A DNA stretch of 64,000 nt. Origin: Lepidodermella squamata (lineage: Eukaryota > Animalia > Gastrotricha). Shown here piece by piece: positions 59,542-64,000 of this stretch; position 1 is the stretch's first letter, and every line of letters starts with the position of its first letter. The notes beneath the pieces were generated by a model. That model saw only the letters and a program-made list of their open reading frames with translations, was not told the origin of the DNA and made no database searches. Position numbers and translations under genes: made by a program. The stretch covers positions 992,001 through 1,056,000 of the forward strand of contig JBLDXI010000034.1 in NCBI GenBank assembly GCA_047495785.1, read 5' to 3'.

Positions 59542-59896
59542 ATGAGGGCACTATCTTGGGTAGCTCTATCCCTCATTTGCCTCCTCAATGACATCGCGGC
59601 CGCGAAGTTACCGCCAATGGTTGAAAGTTGGTCATCATATTTTTCGGCATGAATTTGTATTTTTTATGCTTTCAATGTTACTTCACCGTATAGTAACTCG
59701 AGCCATGCTTTCGAAAGACGAAACTTCTGCTCGGCAACTCGCTGCGACACTTCGCCAGAGCCACGAAGAGTGCGCGATGAAGTTATGTATGCAAGTGTTC
59801 AGCTCGTCGACAATATGCCTATCTCAGGGCGCGTTTTACGTCTGGGCGAGAATGCTGGCGAAACAACTGGCGAAAGACAGGTCGAAATGTATATAA
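59542..59896 (+). CDS. Small secreted 4-Cys peptide, type B copy 2 (exons 59542-59626, 59694-59896)
   Basis: MRALSWVALSLICLLNDIAAAKLPPMVE|ITRAMLSKDE...CAMKLCMQVFSSSTICLSQGAFYVWARMLAKQLAKDRSKCI*. Confidence 0.82.
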
Positions 59897-61324
59897 CCGG
59901 AAAACTTTGAGCTTGAGCCTCACTTCACTTCATTATTACACCTGTGATCATTTGATCAACGTCGATATTTAACCCAGATCAATAAAACTTTTCTATTTTT
60001 CCTTCAACCAGAATTAAGTAACCAGAAACTGGTTTCCTCGTGGGTTTTCTCTCTTCAGAAGGGCTGAGTTTTTCTTGGGACGTTCTCGATTGTTCTGAAG
60101 CCATTAGATCGAAGAGTGATGAACCATGGCAACTATGAGCGTGAATGACGTGTGAACGTTTAATAAGTCAGCCGCTTTGTTTGAGAGCATATTTTATTGT
60201 TTATTGAAACGCACTTTCCGCACTTATTCGCATTTATTGCATAATGGCATAATTCAAGCCATACGGAATGGCATACGGAACTGTCGAAGTGAAACTAATT
60301 CAATCATCTATTTCCAGCTCATAATTGATAGAATGGATGTGCAATTGTTCTATTAATTAGTGCATTCATTTAGATGGTGAATTAATTTTTTTCCAAATAA
60401 GCTCGCAGAAGCCGTAATAGGTTTTGGTGGACCAGGCTAAAAATAGAGCAGAATTGTGCAGGACCACTTCCTAGGCTCGGTATCTCGGCTCCCATTTAGG
60501 AACGAAGAACAAACATATTTAAAAGTGGAACACAACTTCAAAATAAGTACCTATTAGATAGTATTATTAACCTCAAATTCGGCTCTGTTTAAGGTTCCAA
60601 GGTTTAAGTGCTCGAAGAACCGCGAACAACAATTTTACATTCTTAACTGATTGACTGTTCCAAATCTGTTAGGCGTTCTCCGTTTGATCTGAAACTATTT
60701 TCCCAACTCGGAGATCATTGTGTTGCCATTTTAAATACCTAACATTGATTCTGAGTCCTTTTTGTTTTCCCGAGAAAAGTAAGCCATGGATTTATTCGAC
60801 AGTATTAGAAACTTTTCCAGCAAACTGTCTTTTGAACGAATTGAGGATATTCGACAGTTTGTGAACTAGGTGTCTCCTCCATAAAAAGGAGACAATCTAA
60901 TTTCGCAATGCTTCAAAATCCCAGACTATCAGACAATTTCTTTCGCCGATTGAAATAGAATCTTCCGATCCTTTGCCATTCAATTAAGTGACCTTTTTAT
61001 TTGTAAATGAAAATTGTTTCAAGTCTGACAGGCTTTTCGACAATCAGGGCCGAAAATAGTAATTTAAACCGACGTGATCAGCCCATCTTCAAAGCCAATC
61101 ATTCTTAACGTGATCGACTCGTTTTACACGTGTGTCTTTCGATTCATACCGATTGCGCGGAGTAATTCCAGCATGACATGCAAATAACAGCTAACAGCTA
61201 AAATTAGAAATTAGTCACTTAGTTCACCAGATTGTAATGTAATGGTCCCGATCCCATGCACACTTCCATTAATGATACACCGTGGTTTCAATATTTAGAG
61301 AATACATTTTTTGAAAAATAAAAT

Positions 61325-61463
61325 GGATGTGGCTATGTGAACACAGGAAAAGTGTATCGCCCAATGGCTATGCGTACACAATGTGCTTGACACACAGCCA
61401 AATTTAAGCGCGCGCTGTGTTCAAGTAGCCAATCACGCACACACAATGTGTATAGCCATGTCC
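61325..61463. mobile_element. Small MITE with a 9-bp TSD (AAATAAAAT), Mutator-like
   Basis: ggatgtggctat ... atagccatgtcc with aaataaaat on both sides. The flanks are AT-rich, so a chance match is not excluded. Confidence 0.6.
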
Positions 61464-61600
61464 AAATAAAATTAAAAGGAAGTTCAACAACACAATCCAT
61501 TCAATCGTAAATAAAAATAAGAGAGAGTAAAACTGCCGATTACAACAGCAAAACTGCAGGTTCAAATCCAAGTTGTATGAACATGGCGTGCAACCAGGCT

Positions 61601-64000
61601 TTAGGCGACAACGTTGAAAGATCCGATGACAAAATCAAAGTCTAAATCCTTGTGGCGGAGAAGAAAAATATGAACAAACAAGAATATCAGAATGCCAAAT
61701 AAGAAAACGTAGAAATCGATAACACGAATCAATCCGATTCTGCCATTAAGGAATTTTCTCTGTCGTCTGATTGAGACATTTGGATCATAGTAAGATGCAG
61801 CAATCCACAACATCACCAGGCTGTAAATAGTCGCGGCGATGCAAAACCAAGTCAGACCCTGAACTAGCTTGCTGAGAAGAGTGTCATACGGCTTTTTCGG
61901 AACTTCGTTCAAAATCGCACTCTGCATGACGGTCATGGTTAGAAGAACAGTAACAGAAAATGCAGCTCGATCTGGTAAATCTGGCGGCATCATCAATAAG
62001 AACAAATTTAAGGAGGCGAGGGTCGATGATGGGATCGCGAAATTTTTCACGTAATACCACGGAATCCTGCGTAGCACCGCCGTAAATTTGAATGTTGAAA
62101 CGTAAAAGCCCTTGTAGAAAACCTGACCTGTCGAATTATTGGTCGAGAACAAGGTCCAACTGTCCCCGGACTGTGAATGCTTGAAATCGAATAGAAGGGA
62201 TGCGCTGTCAACACGCACAACGTTGACGTCTCGCTCAAGGGAGAATTCGAAACTGCAGTTTTGGGTGTCGAATGGAAACAAATGAAGGGATAGCTCGCAG
62301 CTTGCCTCGAATAAGCCCTCTTTTTGCCAGTAAAATTCGAATGTTCGGTTAATTGTTGGCACCTTTGATGACATCATTATCAAATAATCGTCATTGATGA
62401 TCATGTTTCGCATTTGGAGGTGTGAGTTGGCTGCTGATAGAAAGCGGATCTTCGGTAGCCACAAATTACTGAGATTGTCGATGTAAATGGTTTCGAAGTT
62501 TCTACCGGTTGGTAGAGCGGGCGAAGAGAACCAGGGGCATGTATTCACTCGCCAATATAGAACCATCAGAGCTTTCACGGTTATGATTTCGTTAACTGTG
62601 TCTATTTCATTCAACCCCGATACTTGAAAGCCAATCTTCACCTTGAGGGGAGCATCGTAATTTGTTGAATTTTCGAAATTGCGTGGTGCGTAGACGGAAG
62701 AATTGAAATGCCCACATCTTCTCTGAATCGCTGTCATGTTATCGATGTAGTCGAATTGCGGGGTTTCGAAAATAGGTACCATTCTCTCTGCAATTGAGTT
62801 GCCGCTTGAGTAGGTTGTATTCTCGGATACCAGTCGGCCACATGCGTTGCTCAAGTTGAACACTTCTTGCTTGTTTAAAGCAATGTTGTAGAAATAGAAA
62901 CAAGCAAATTGCACGTCTCCCATCGGAGCCAGCAACTGACTTCCGTTTTCAAAGCCAATGCCTACGTCCATCGAAAGTTTGTCAATCCATTCGCCATCGA
63001 TTTGCGTCTCCCTGAAGAATAAGCAGTGATCTGAAACATAATTGTTAATTGTTACAGTAATTTCATAGATCACTACGTTCTCTATGAGTAATTTCTATGT
63101 GAAATGTTGTGCTTTGTGCGCCAGTAGGATCCCTGAACTAAGGGGCATTTCCTACCTAAAATTAATCAAAGGTTCCCCCTTTGGTTCATTTTGGGGTTTC
63201 CACCTTGTCCTTGGGAGTACGACATCTTCCATTACCCCGGTACTTCGTGTACTGATTTGCGCCTTTCGCTTCTGTGGTAATAATTACCGTAAATTCCCAA
63301 ATACAAGCCCAGAGTGCACTACAATGAACATCAAAGTGCCAAAAAGAAGTGCCGCCTGGGCTTGCATTTGGGAATTTACGGTAAATTAAATGAACTCACT
63401 TGGTGATCGAAGTTCCAATTCGTAGTTGACCGCAAGTGCGTAGAGCGAGCAGTTTGTCGCAAGGACGTTAGAAGTGATTGCAAAAAACGTCCAGGTTTCG
63501 AGGTGTTCATATAACACCCCAAACGATTTGCCTGCCCCATAGGCAAAATCTGTCATTGATAATCCGGTATCTGCTATGGGGGCGAAAACGACAGTCGGAA
63601 GAGAGCTGTTCGAACCACAGAACACAGTGAGTAAACCAAAAATAGTAACAATGCCATGTCCTTTCCCGCATGTCGATGACTTCATGTAGAATGCGAGCGT
63701 GAACCCGGAGCGCGGTCGTGGCAGGCCGTCGTAAGCAACCAAGCCACCAATTCGATTAATGATATATGTAGTCATATTTAACGCAATGCTACCCTGCGCA
63801 TATGGTCCTTCAAATTTCATCAGCTTCGTGTTGTAAGAGCTGGGTTGGCGAGGCACGATGATGTCACCAGCCCCGTTCCAGCCGAGTAGATTCGAATCGA
63901 ATGAAAGCGACCAAAATCCGATGAGATTCTCGCGACGTAGGATCTCCGTCATGTCTATTCCGTCGAATTTGCCCATCAATGCCCATCTAACTGCGTTCCG
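61601..64000 (-). CDS. Cys-loop ligand-gated ion channel with an N-terminal LamG/pentraxin-like domain; intron 63031-63399; 5' end probably outside the window
   Basis: Cys-loop CELSLHLFPFDTQNC, LWLPKI, LRRIPWYY and four TM helices. The upstream ORF 63979-63386 joins in phase 1 (CCA A|GTGAGT ... TTTCAG|AT CAC). Confidence 0.85.
63112..63254. mobile_element. hAT-type MITE family copy inside the channel intron
   Basis: ..gtgcgccagtaggatcc ... ggtacttcgtgtactg. Confidence 0.7.

Overview
Eukaryotic (animal, invertebrate-like) genomic DNA with GT-AG introns, many only 50-65 nt long, so the ORF track breaks most genes into pieces. I found no prokaryotic features, CRISPR array, rRNA or tRNA. The left half holds two inverted paralogous multi-exon genes (Cys-rich repeats plus two C-type lectin domains), an 8-TM orphan protein, a Spinster-type MFS transporter, three SLC46-type MFS transporters plus a remnant, small secreted PAN- and TPR-like genes, an intronless Cys-loop channel, SLC41 and a GABA-B-like class C GPCR. 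The interval 33.9-60 kb is a birth-and-death cluster of six spliced genes that join an N-terminal F-box (an exon the ORF track misses) to ankyrin repeats. Four copies of an unrecognised two-exon secreted 4-Cys peptide gene are interleaved and co-duplicated with them. The window ends in a Cys-loop channel spliced to an N-terminal LamG/pentraxin-like domain. At least five families of short inverted-repeat DNA transposons (MITEs) are present, several with target-site duplications (TSDs) or empty paralogous sites. All exon structures were read by eye and no database search was run.
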